Under the pieces are notes generated by a model. It was given only the letters and a program-made list of their open reading frames with translations. It ran no database searches and had not been told where the DNA came from. Below, piece after piece: positions 55,191 through 64,000 of a DNA stretch of 64,000 nucleotides. The DNA comes from Candidatus Spongiisociaceae bacterium (GTDB taxonomy: Bacteria; Actinomycetota; Acidimicrobiia; Spongiisociales; Spongiisociaceae). How positions within the stretch are numbered: the first letter of the stretch is position 1; each line of letters opens with the position of its first letter. Location: assembly GCA_965262915.1 (NCBI GenBank), contig OZ253564.1, positions 4,991,039-5,055,038 of the forward strand, in the 5' to 3' direction. The position numbers and the translations under genes were made by a program.

Positions 55191-55957
55191 CAGCGGAAGC
55201 GGTCCTGTGCCGCCTTCTCCAGGGCGGCGAAGGATGTGAACAAGGCGATCGCGATCAACGAGGTGATAGTTGCGGCCGCCCACAGGCGATCTGCACGCAG
55301 GCTGCGCATCGAGGTGACGATCAGGGCGCCGAGCCCCGGACGCGACGAACCGAACCACTCGCCGAAGACCACTCCGAACATCGCCGCCGGCGCACCGAGT
55401 TTGGCTGCGTAGATCAGCGATGGAACGGCCACCGGCAACTGCAACCGCCGGAATCTTGCCCAGCGTGATGATCCCAGACTGGTGAGAAGGTCATGGTGAG
55501 ACTGCGACGCGAGGTAGAACCCCGAGCTGACAGCGATGAAGCTGGAGAAGAACACAGCCAGCAGCGCGAACGCGAACGGCACCGCGTCCTGTGATACGAC
55601 CATGACGAGAAGCGGACCGAGCGCGATCCACGGTATGGAGTTGACCAGCGCTGCCATCCTGCCGATACCGCGGTTCAGCGACGGTGCAAGCAAACCCAGC
55701 ACAGCAAGCACCAGCCCGAGCACTATCCCGGCAACAAACCCCTTACCCGCATCGACGGTGGTAGCCCGCGTCGCTCGCCCGAAGATGGGAAGGTTCTCGA
55801 GAAAGGACCGGACCACCACCGAAAGCGGCGGCCAGTTCCGTCCGACCAACTCGAGCCGGCCCACCAACTCCCAGACGCCCATCATGAGCACGACACCGAC
55901 CATGCCGAGGAACACCATGGAGGCTCGGGAAGCTTCTGTATCCGTGCTCGAAGACAT
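55190..55957 (-). CDS. ABC permease (SsuC/TauC type)
   Basis: PP.S.V, IP.IALGPL, G.S....F..L.LP.A.P, GEW.G...GLG. Confidence 0.88.
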   Translation of the reverse strand: MSSSTDTEASRASMVFLGMVGVVLMMGVWELVGRLELVGRNWPPLSVVVRSFLENLPIFGRATRATTVDAGKGFVAGIVLGLVLAVLGLLAPSLNRGIGRMAALVNSIPWIALGPLLVMVVSQDAVPFAFALLAVFFSSFIAVSSGFYLASQSHHDLLTSLGSSRWARFRRLQLPVAVPSLIYAAKLGAPAAMFGVVFGEWFGSSRPGLGALIVTSMRSLRADRLWAAATITSLIAIALFTSFAALEKAAQDRFR

Positions 55958-56210
55958 CAGTGGATCATGGCTCGACTACCCGCAAGGTCGATCCGGACCG
56001 TCGTACAACTACTTCGTTCGACTGCGACACGACACCTCTCCTCGCGCCTCCACCTGCCCACATTACGAGTGCATCCAGCCCGAGCCGCGCTGGTCGCAGC
56101 ACGATGCGCGACGCCCTCACGACCGTCTCGCATTTGATTTCGTCTAGCCGAACTTGGATTGTACTCTCCTGGGTACCCCGCCGTACCGCCGATGACACCC
56201 AGGAGAGTCC

Positions 56211-57113
56211 ATGGTCACGGTAGATTGCCATCTCCACCTCACCGAGGTGCCGGAGCAGGTTCCCCACTGGTGGATGAAGGAAATGTACCGGCCGTACGGC
56301 AGCGAGTACGGCTCCACCGACGGTGAGTGGATGGTCAATCTGCTCGATGCGTCGGGAATCGACATCGGGATGGTCCAGGGAAGCGACATCCGTCGCACGA
56401 CCAGTCACCCCGACCACCCCGACGAGTACGAGGTGTACGTGCCGAACGACTACACCGCCCGACAAGTTTCGCTCTACCCGGATCGACTGAAGGGAGTTGC
56501 CAGTATCGACCCGATGCGCAGCGTTCCCTGGGCACTTGAGGAACTGGAGCGGTGTGTGAAGGAATTGGACTTCCGGGCGCTCAAACTCCTTCCGAGCTAC
56601 CAGCTGTATTCCCCGAACGACCGTCGCCTCGACCCGATCTACGAGAAGGCTATAGAACTGGACATCCCCGTGCACTTCTTCACCGGGTGGACGCCGATCA
56701 TCAACGCATCATTGGATCTGGCCGATCCGTTCCTGCTCGATGATGTCGGACGACGCTTCCGTGATCTGAAAGTGATCGTGTACATCAATTGGCCGTGGGT
56801 GGACAAAGGGATATTGATGGTCGCGAAGCATCCCAACTTCCACGCCGATCTCTGTTACTTCGCCGGCGGGACACCCGAGCCTCTCCATGATGCACTTGCC
56901 ATGCTCAAGTCGTACGTGGCCGTCGATCGCGTTATGTACGGCTCGGACAACAGCGACAAAGTGCGTGTTGACAGAGACTTCGTAGCCGCACCGGAACTGT
57001 ATCAACGAGTCAACGACGTAGCGGGTCAGCGGGGGTCCGAGCTGTTCTCGGACGAAGAACTGGCCGGGATCATGGGTGGAAACGCCGCTCGTCTCTACAA
57101 GCTGGGCACCTGA
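56211..57113 (+). CDS. Amidohydrolase_2 family, paralogue 4
   Basis: DCHLH, HFFTG, YGSD; AGGAG RBS. Confidence 0.88.
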   Translation: MVTVDCHLHLTEVPEQVPHWWMKEMYRPYGSEYGSTDGEWMVNLLDASGIDIGMVQGSDIRRTTSHPDHPDEYEVYVPNDYTARQVSLYPDRLKGVASIDPMRSVPWALEELERCVKELDFRALKLLPSYQLYSPNDRRLDPIYEKAIELDIPVHFFTGWTPIINASLDLADPFLLDDVGRRFRDLKVIVYINWPWVDKGILMVAKHPNFHADLCYFAGGTPEPLHDALAMLKSYVAVDRVMYGSDNSDKVRVDRDFVAAPELYQRVNDVAGQRGSELFSDEELAGIMGGNAARLYKLGT

Positions 57114-57182
57114 CGGCAAAGCCTACCCCGGAACTGGCCGCGAGACGGCTATGTTGCGGCAACTCGGTCCTAGGAGTAGAAC

Positions 57183-58055
57183 ATGTTGTCTCAAGATCAG
57201 ATCGACTTCTACAACAAGTTTGGCTATCTCGCCGTAGCAGATGTCCTATCGCCGTACGAAATCGGAGAGTTGCGGCGTGTAACCGATGACCTGGTTGAGG
57301 TAGCTCGCTACTCGACCAGTAGCGATGAGGTATTCGATCTCGAACCCGGCCACACGATCGAGGATCCGCGGGTACGCCGCATCAAACGCCCGTCGCTTCG
57401 CCACGACATCTACATGTCGATGCTTCATCACGACGCCATTCTGGATATCGTCGCGCAGCTGATCGGCCCGTCGATCCGATTCACGGGCGAGAAGCTGAAC
57501 ATGAAGTCGGCAAGATTCGGCAGCGTCGTCGAATGGCATCAGGACTGGGCCTTCATGCCGCACACCAATGATGACCTTCTCGCGGTCGGTATCGCCATCG
57601 ACGACATGACGACGGAGAATGGTGCCTTGCTCGTGATACCCGGATCCCACCGGCAGCCGATCTATGACCACCACCAGGACGGCTTCTTCATCGGTGCGGT
57701 CGGCCGCAAGCAATTCGATTCCGAGGATTCGGTACAGATCGAGATCGCGGCCGGCGGTATTTCGATCCATCACATTCGCATGTTGCACGGATCCGCGCCT
57801 AACACCTCTGATCGGCCGCGGCGCATGATGTTCCTCGAGCTCGCAGCCGCAGACGCATGGCCGCTGTTCGGACTCGCGGATTGGGACACCTGGAGCACTT
57901 GGGACGAGTACAACGCCTGCTTGTTGCGAGGCGCACCCGTCACAGAGCCCCGAATGACGAGCATTCGGGTAAGGCTGCCCCACCCGGCTCGTCCGTGGCC
58001 GGGCTCGATCTATGCCCTGCAGTCAGACCTGTCGTCGTCTCCGTTCTCGGAGTAG
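57183..58055 (+). CDS. PhyH-family Fe(II)/2-oxoglutarate dioxygenase
   Basis: WHQD, ENG.L.VIPGSH, LHGSAPN.S..PR. Confidence 0.92.
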   Translation: MLSQDQIDFYNKFGYLAVADVLSPYEIGELRRVTDDLVEVARYSTSSDEVFDLEPGHTIEDPRVRRIKRPSLRHDIYMSMLHHDAILDIVAQLIGPSIRFTGEKLNMKSARFGSVVEWHQDWAFMPHTNDDLLAVGIAIDDMTTENGALLVIPGSHRQPIYDHHQDGFFIGAVGRKQFDSEDSVQIEIAAGGISIHHIRMLHGSAPNTSDRPRRMMFLELAAADAWPLFGLADWDTWSTWDEYNACLLRGAPVTEPRMTSIRVRLPHPARPWPGSIYALQSDLSSSPFSE

Positions 58056-58151
58056 ATGCCCGATGGATCCGGCTTCCGCACAGAGTGCCCACGAGCGCAA
58101 CAGGCGCGGTAGTTCGCCACTGCGGCGTCCGGTTCGCCGATAGTCACCGAG

Positions 58152-59585
58152 ATGTATCGCTCGGACGGACTCGATGCAATGCTGCGGCCCGAATCGATCG
58201 CGTTCGTCGGCGCATCCCGTGACAAGCCCGGCCGGAGTTGGGTTGACATGTTCGGACAACTGGTCGAGTACGGCTACCGCGGCCGCCTCTACCCGATCAA
58301 CCCGAAGGCCGACGTTATCCGTGGCTACAAGGCCTACGCCAGCCTCCTCGACCTTCCCGAGCAGGTCGACCTCGTGATAATCGGCCTCGCGGCCCCGGCG
58401 GTGCCATGGATTCTCCGCGACTGCGTCTCCACAGGGAATCGCAACGTTCACATCTTCTCGGCCGGGTTCGGCGAAACGGGCGAGGAGCGGGGCAGGACTC
58501 TGCAAGAGGAGATCACCAAGATCGCAATGGACGGGGGTCTACGGGTGATCGGTCCGAACAGCATGGGTATCTTCTCGCCCAAGCACAGGCTGGTCACCTG
58601 GGCCGGGGCACCCAAGGCCACCGGATCCGTAGGCATTCTCACTCAGAGTGGAGGCTTTGCCGACGCGATTATCGGATACGGCTCGCAGATCGGCCTCTCC
58701 TTCAGCGTCGTCGTCAACTATGGCACCGGACTGACGGTCGATGCCCCTGATCTCATCGAGTACCTGTCGGAGGATGCCGAAACAGACGCCATCGGCGTGT
58801 ATCTGGAGGGAGTCGCCGACGGGCGCCGCCTGCTGGAGGTTGTCGCCCGTACCACTCCGAGCAAGCCTGTCGTCATGGTCAAGCCAGGCTCCAGCCAGGC
58901 GGCTCGCCGGACGGCAGCCTCCCACACCGGGTCGCTGGCCGGCAATGACCGCATCTGGAAGGGCTTCTTCGCACAAAGCGGCGCCACTCGGGTCGGATCG
59001 GTCGAGGATATGGCGCATACCATCCACGCTCTGCAACGGCTCCCCAGACCGGCAGGCCGCCGAGTCGCCGTCCTCGGCACCGGGGGCGGCAGCAGCGTGG
59101 CGGCAGCCGAGGCATGCAACCAAGCCGGTCTCGAACTCCCGCCACTCTCCGCAGAATGCCGAACCGAGCTGCGGAGATCCATTCCTGCGGCCGGCAACAT
59201 CATCACGAATCCGATTGACGCACACGACGTCATGACCAACCCATCCCTCATGCCGACCGTGCTCGATGTCCTCACCAGCGAACCCTCCATCGACATGGTC
59301 GTTGTCTACTTCCACATCGACTGGATGTACGACGCGGGACCCGATCGCATCGCGGCCCTGTCGACCTTCCTCGCGGAGTCGGCTCGCAAGTACATGAACG
59401 GCAAACCGATCGTCGCAACGTGGCGGTCGTACCGTTCCGGCCTCGAATACGACGAAGCTATCCGAGAGATGCGCGAGGTGCTCCTCGGCGGAGACATCCC
59501 CCTATACCCGGATATGGATTCCGCGTCTCGAACCTTGGCTCGGCTGGCCGATTATTCAAGCCTCGCCGCGCGGGAGGCTCCGTGA
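58152..59585 (+). CDS. NDP-forming acyl-CoA synthetase, alpha-type (CoA-binding) subunit
   Basis: P.SIAFVGAS, SAGFGE, IGPNSMG, QSGG, YLEG, SHTGSLAG phospho-His. Confidence 0.9.
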   Translation: MYRSDGLDAMLRPESIAFVGASRDKPGRSWVDMFGQLVEYGYRGRLYPINPKADVIRGYKAYASLLDLPEQVDLVIIGLAAPAVPWILRDCVSTGNRNVHIFSAGFGETGEERGRTLQEEITKIAMDGGLRVIGPNSMGIFSPKHRLVTWAGAPKATGSVGILTQSGGFADAIIGYGSQIGLSFSVVVNYGTGLTVDAPDLIEYLSEDAETDAIGVYLEGVADGRRLLEVVARTTPSKPVVMVKPGSSQAARRTAASHTGSLAGNDRIWKGFFAQSGATRVGSVEDMAHTIHALQRLPRPAGRRVAVLGTGGGSSVAAAEACNQAGLELPPLSAECRTELRRSIPAAGNIITNPIDAHDVMTNPSLMPTVLDVLTSEPSIDMVVVYFHIDWMYDAGPDRIAALSTFLAESARKYMNGKPIVATWRSYRSGLEYDEAIREMREVLLGGDIPLYPDMDSASRTLARLADYSSLAAREAP

Positions 59586-60262
59586 TGGCGATCGTGAACG
59601 GCCTCTCGAGTGGAGCAGGCAAGCCGGGGTCACTGTCGGAGGACGAGAGCAGAAAGGTGCTGGAGGAGTACGGCATCCCCATGGCAGTGGCGGAACTCAC
59701 CACCACATCGCGGGAGGCCGTCGATGCTGCCGCCGAAATCGGCTATCCCGTAGTGTTGAAAGGATGTGGTGCCGGCTTGACCCACAAGTCGGAGGCCGGG
59801 ATTGTCAAGCTGAACCTCAGTACGAGCAGCGATGTCACATCTGCCTTTAGGGCCATCCAGACCGCAACCGGTGGAGTGTTGGACGGCGTCTTGGTTCAGG
59901 AGCAGGTTCACGGAGTGCGTGAACTCGTCGCCGGGATGATCCGAGATCCTCAATTCGGTCCGTGTGTGATGTTCGGGCTGGGCGGAATCCTCACCGAAGC
60001 CCTCGATGATGTCAGTTTCCGAATCGCTCCGGTCGAGCAACGAGATGCAATGGCGATGATGGACGAGATACGAGGTGCAGCAATCCTGGGCCCGATCCGT
60101 GGTATGGCAGCAGCCGACCGATCCGTGTTGTCCAAGACCTTGCTTGCCCTCGGGCGCATCGGTCTCGAACACGAGGAGATCGAGGCGATAGACATCAACC
60201 CCCTTCTATTGCAGGAGGATGGCACTCCTGTAGCAGTCGATGCCGCCATCTGGATCAGTTAG
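59585..60262 (+). CDS. NDP-forming acyl-CoA synthetase, beta (ATP-grasp) subunit
   Basis: GYPVVLK, HKSEAG.V, DPQFGP.VMFGLGG, DINPL; TGATG coupling. Confidence 0.9.
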   Translation: MAIVNGLSSGAGKPGSLSEDESRKVLEEYGIPMAVAELTTTSREAVDAAAEIGYPVVLKGCGAGLTHKSEAGIVKLNLSTSSDVTSAFRAIQTATGGVLDGVLVQEQVHGVRELVAGMIRDPQFGPCVMFGLGGILTEALDDVSFRIAPVEQRDAMAMMDEIRGAAILGPIRGMAAADRSVLSKTLLALGRIGLEHEEIEAIDINPLLLQEDGTPVAVDAAIWIS

Positions 60263-60286
60263 GAGGAACCTCGGGCAATCTTCCGG

Positions 60287-61189
60287 CTAGCCGTCGATCT
60301 TGTACAGGCGGGCCGCCGATCCGCCCAAGATCCGAGCCAAGTCATCATCCGAGAACGGATCAGCGCCTCGCTCCGAGGCGATCTCGTTGACACTTCGGTA
60401 TACATCCGGAAGAGTCGATTCCTCCCGACCCATACGCACCTTATCGCTATTGTTCGATCCGTAGAGTACGCGGTGGAGCGCAGATAGCGACCGGAATCTC
60501 TCCAATGCCTCATAGAGCGGCCCGGGGCCCATCTCTGAGAAGTGATACATGTCAGCGTAGAAGTTGGGATGTTTGGCAACCATGAGGATGCACTGGTGGA
60601 GCCATGGCACACCGAGCGCCACAATCACTTTGAGATCGCGGTAACGGCGCCCAACCTCGTCGATGAGGACCGGGTCTGCATGCTGCAGCTTCGCAGTTAT
60701 GGTTGGAGTCCAGCCGGTGAATATATGTACAGGGATGTCCAGTTCGATGCATCGCTCGTAAATCGGATCAAGCCTGCGATCGTTGGGCGAGTAGTGCTGG
60801 TACGACGCTACGAGCTTAAGTACTCGGAAGTCCAGTTCTTGAACGCAGCGGTCGAGTTCCTCTAGCGCGGCGGGGATATCCCGGATCGGGTCGATACATG
60901 CGACTCCCTTTAGACGATCCGGGAACAGTCCGACTTGCTCGGCGGTGTAATCGTTCGGAACGAACACATCATGCTCTTCTGGAAAGTCCGGATGCCAGGT
61001 GGTACGGCGGATGTCACCACCCTGGACCAGCCCGACATCGACGCCGGACCGGTTCAGCAAGTCGACCATCCAGGCGCCATCAGTCGATCCGAAAACACCT
61101 CCGTAGGGGCGATATATCTCCGTCATCCACCAGTCCGGGACTTGGCTGGGCGTCTCTGTCAGATGGAGATGGCAATCGATCGTGACCAT
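60287..61189 (-). CDS. Amidohydrolase_2 family, paralogue 5
   Basis: DCHLH, HIFTG, LYGSN; closest to paralogue 1. Confidence 0.88.
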   Translation of the reverse strand: MVTIDCHLHLTETPSQVPDWWMTEIYRPYGGVFGSTDGAWMVDLLNRSGVDVGLVQGGDIRRTTWHPDFPEEHDVFVPNDYTAEQVGLFPDRLKGVACIDPIRDIPAALEELDRCVQELDFRVLKLVASYQHYSPNDRRLDPIYERCIELDIPVHIFTGWTPTITAKLQHADPVLIDEVGRRYRDLKVIVALGVPWLHQCILMVAKHPNFYADMYHFSEMGPGPLYEALERFRSLSALHRVLYGSNNSDKVRMGREESTLPDVYRSVNEIASERGADPFSDDDLARILGGSAARLYKIDG

Positions 61190-61297
61190 CTGGTCTCCTT
61201 CTCCCGGTGTGCGGATCGCGATACATTCTACAGCCGGCCGGGCTCGATCCTGTCTTGGTCGCATAGATCCAGGAGCGTTCGTAGGTTCGGTGCCCTC

Positions 61298-61735
61298 CTA
61301 GACCTCTATGAACTCGAGCCAGTTTCCTTCCGGATCCTGGAAGTAGACAACCCCCCAATCGCCACCATCCGGTGTCTTTGCAAAGATCGGATCCGTCACA
61401 AACGAGACACCCTTAGCGGTGAGCGTCTCATGGGCCTTGCGTAGATCGTCGACGAGGAAGCAGACGTGCGTGGCGCCCAGTTTGTTGAGGGCCACATGGC
61501 CATCGCTCGAGAGAGGCTCGAAATACTGGATGAGCTCAAGTATATGGCCGTCGTCGCCGAGACCCAGAAATATCTCGACACGCTTCGCCCCCGGGATCCC
61601 GGCGTGATCACCATCGGGTCCCGCGTCCATGTCATAACGCTCCAAGACCACCAGGCCCAAGTCCTCGGTGTAGAACCGCAGCATCTCATCGACATCCCGT
61701 ACCACGATGCCCGAGTGGTTGAAGCTGGTGATCAT
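61298..61735 (-). CDS. VOC/glyoxalase-family protein
   Basis: FNHSGIVVRD, LELIQY, HVCFLVDD, DPEGNWLE. Confidence 0.9.
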   Translation of the reverse strand: MITSFNHSGIVVRDVDEMLRFYTEDLGLVVLERYDMDAGPDGDHAGIPGAKRVEIFLGLGDDGHILELIQYFEPLSSDGHVALNKLGATHVCFLVDDLRKAHETLTAKGVSFVTDPIFAKTPDGGDWGVVYFQDPEGNWLEFIEV

Positions 61736-61826
61736 TCCATGCCCTTCGATCGCGACGCCTCGACATCGACCGATGCCGGCTTGAATCCCGGTCTGCCCCG
61801 GGATCGCATGTGCTCGACGAACTCTA

Positions 61827-61989
61827 GTGGTCTGTCGGTGAAATGACGCTGTGGCATGGGGCGACAGCAGAGTTCCTCGCCAGGGCCGCCGAGCAACACC
61901 TATCCGCAGCAGAACGTCGAGGCAGCGGTACGCAGCGAGAGGCACCGCCGGCAGGCAGAGCACGGCGAGTTGTCCTGTAGCCAGACGAT
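61827..61989. mobile_element. MITE family A, copy 2 (163 bp, degenerate)
   Basis: Colinear with 27214-27376 (shared CCGCAGC, ACGTCGAGG, ACGCAGCGAGAGGC, GCAGAGCACGGC). Confidence 0.75.
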
Positions 61990-62010
61990 CGGCTCATCCC
62001 GAAGATCCCA

Positions 62011-62865
62011 TCACGCGTCCCTACGAGACCGTGGCCCGCCGGGTTCGGGCTGGAACGGACCATCGCGCGCGGCGAGAAACGCCCGGATGCCGCCCTGGCG
62101 ATATGCCTCGCCGAGGTGCCGGACCTCGGGCGAATCACCGGATGCATGCGCAATGGTTGCGAGGAACGCCATCACGTTGTGCGCGTTCCGAAGTCCCATT
62201 GCCTCCAAACCATAGGTCGTGATCGCCTTGTTGAGGCGGACCGAGTCCGCCGGCACCATAGCGATCCTTCGGGCGAGAGCGTAGGTACGATCCAGCAACT
62301 CGTCGTGCGGCACCACCTCGTTCACAACTCCTATACGAAGTGCCTCCGGGGCATCGAAGTGATCGCCGGTGAGCGTGTAGCGGTGAGCGTTCTTCCAGCC
62401 CGCCAACACCGCGAACAGGATCGAAGAACTCGATATCCCCCGAACCTCCGGCTGGCCGAATGTAGCCTCCTCGGAGGCTATGGTGATATCCGAGCACAGC
62501 GCGTACCAGAATCCTCCCCCCAGGCACCAGCCATTGACCGCGGCGATAACCGGTGTCGACAGTTCCATGACGTGCATGAAGCCTTCTGTACTTCTCCGGT
62601 TGATGTCGAGCCACCTGCGCAATACGGCTCCGGCGGTGGCGTCGTCCTCGAGGACGTCATCATCGAAGTCGTATCCCGCAGAGAAGGCACGTCCTGCTCC
62701 GGTCAAGACGATCACCCTCACGGCAGGATCGGCATCGGCCTCGTCAAGCGCCTGATGGAGCTCTCGCTCGAGCTGGTGCGACAGCGCATTCATCGCGTCA
62801 GGACGATTGAGAGTTATCGTTACCACCACATCGTCCTGGTTGAACAGGATGAACTCGTAATCCAT
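62011..62865 (-). CDS. Enoyl-CoA hydratase/isomerase family
   Basis: ITLNRP..MNAL, AFSAGYD, P.IAAVNG.C.GGG, FGQPE. Confidence 0.92.
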   Translation of the reverse strand: MDYEFILFNQDDVVVTITLNRPDAMNALSHQLERELHQALDEADADPAVRVIVLTGAGRAFSAGYDFDDDVLEDDATAGAVLRRWLDINRRSTEGFMHVMELSTPVIAAVNGWCLGGGFWYALCSDITIASEEATFGQPEVRGISSSSILFAVLAGWKNAHRYTLTGDHFDAPEALRIGVVNEVVPHDELLDRTYALARRIAMVPADSVRLNKAITTYGLEAMGLRNAHNVMAFLATIAHASGDSPEVRHLGEAYRQGGIRAFLAARDGPFQPEPGGPRSRRDA

Positions 62866-63308
62866 CTCGACGCCTCCCCATCCCGAGCCCGCGCTTGACA
62901 ATCCGCCTCCGCAATCCGGCAGTGACCTGAGGGCCGGCGGTGAACCGGCGCGGCCACCGTCGAAGACCGGCGACTGTTCGACGCAGGCAATATATCGCGA
63001 AAAGCCTTGGGAGAATGCGAACGATGACGGGTATTGCCGGCATGCCGCTCGCGATCGGGCAGCTTGCAATCGTGCGGTGGGCCTGTGGTGGGGAGCTCAG
63101 CGCTCCCCCAGGAGGACACACCGGTAGGAGAAGATCGAGTCGCCGTGTCGTCGTCCGCGGATGCCTCTCGTTCACAAACCCCCTGGTCATCGCCGCGACC
63201 CGGAAACCGTCGCAACCGCTATCCCCGCCGCCACCGCATACGCGCCCCCGTTCTGAGTACCGCGCACCTTCGGTTGTAAACTCGCCCGATCAGAGGAGGA
63301 GCAGAACG

Positions 63309-64000
63309 ATGTTGGAAGACTTGGGCGTCGAAGGATTCGTTGGGACACCGTTCCACAGCCGTAGTTCAGCGGCGGTCGAGACATCGTCGTGGTTCCCATG
63401 GCCGCCGTACATCGTGCCGGACGTATACACCGATTTCAATGAAGAACTGGCGGCGATGCGGACAGCAGCCACTCTGAACGAGATGTCCCCTCTCTCCAAG
63501 ACCCGCATCTCCGGCCCGGATGCGCCTCTGCTGGCGGATCGGATACTCACCCGCAACGCCGTCGGTCAGGAAGTCGGCCAGATCCTCTACTCACCGTGGT
63601 GCAACGAGGCGGGCAGGATGGTTGCCGATGGCCTTGTCTTCCGCTTCGGCGAGCATGAATACGTTTTCGTGGCCGGGCCTCAGAAACAATGGTTCGAGAT
63701 GAACGCCGGGGAGTTCGACGTGGAGATCGACGATATCAGCGCCTCGATCGGCATCCTCGCCCTGCAAGGACCCCTGTCGACCAAGGTACTGGAGGCTGCC
63801 ACCGGCCAGGATTGGTCCGATCTGAGGTTCTCGCGGATGAGGGAGACGTATATCGGTGGCGCCAGGGTGGACGTCAGCCGGCAGGGGTTCACAGGCGAGG
63901 TGGGTTACGAGTTGTGGGTGTCCCCAGAGGGAGCCGGCGTAATGTGGGACGTGCTGACCGAGGCAGGTCGGCGGTACGCCCTCCGCCCGGCCGGGGAGTA
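63309..64000 (+). CDS. GcvT-family aminomethyltransferase/demethylase (runs off the window; not in the ORF track)
   Basis: My translation: TPFHSR..., EMSPL.K.RISGPDA, YSPWCNE.G..VADG, LALQGP, SRQGFTGEVGYELW; GAGGAGG RBS. Confidence 0.88.
   Translation, partial: MLEDLGVEGFVGTPFHSRSSAAVETSSWFPWPPYIVPDVYTDFNEELAAMRTAATLNEMSPLSKTRISGPDAPLLADRILTRNAVGQEVGQILYSPWCNEAGRMVADGLVFRFGEHEYVFVAGPQKQWFEMNAGEFDVEIDDISASIGILALQGPLSTKVLEAATGQDWSDLRFSRMRETYIGGARVDVSRQGFTGEVGYELWVSPEGAGVMWDVLTEAGRRYALRPAGE

Noticed and set aside
62870-63300. Possible glycine or other riboswitch upstream of the GcvT-like gene
   Set aside because: Hairpins are present but I could not find glycine-aptamer consensus motifs; an Rfam scan would settle it.

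Overview
High-GC bacterial window; the gene content (NucS, LigD-type polymerase, MenD, M20 dipeptidase) suggests Actinomycetota, possibly Acidimicrobiia (inference). Three zones. (1) 1-11.1 kb: a decayed mobile-element island downstream of tRNA-Lys(UUU), with an IS3 nested in an IS1182 nested in a fic gene, a broken Phd/VapC module, and an ISL3 carrying an intact-looking IS110. That IS110's noncoding end contains a readable bridge RNA whose four guide segments match its own donor junction and the ISL3 transposase stop codon; its recombinase has an extra C-terminal XRE-like HTH. (2) 11.2-42 kb: core-like genes, including two notable fusions (endonuclease IV + LigD-type primase-polymerase; MenF + MenD), NAD salvage pncB/pncA, duplicated cspA plus a DEAD-box helicase, nhaA, nucS and trmL. 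(3) 42-64 kb: a catabolic cluster with five amidohydrolase_2 paralogues (only one keeps the full metal-ligand set), an NMT1/THI5-type ABC binding protein and two permeases, PhyH, an enolase-superfamily enzyme, a split NDP-forming acyl-CoA synthetase and a GcvT-like gene. Several MITE-like repeat families, mostly at CTAG-like sites, are scattered through the window, one of them in-frame inside a gene. All calls come from reading motifs by eye; no searches were run.
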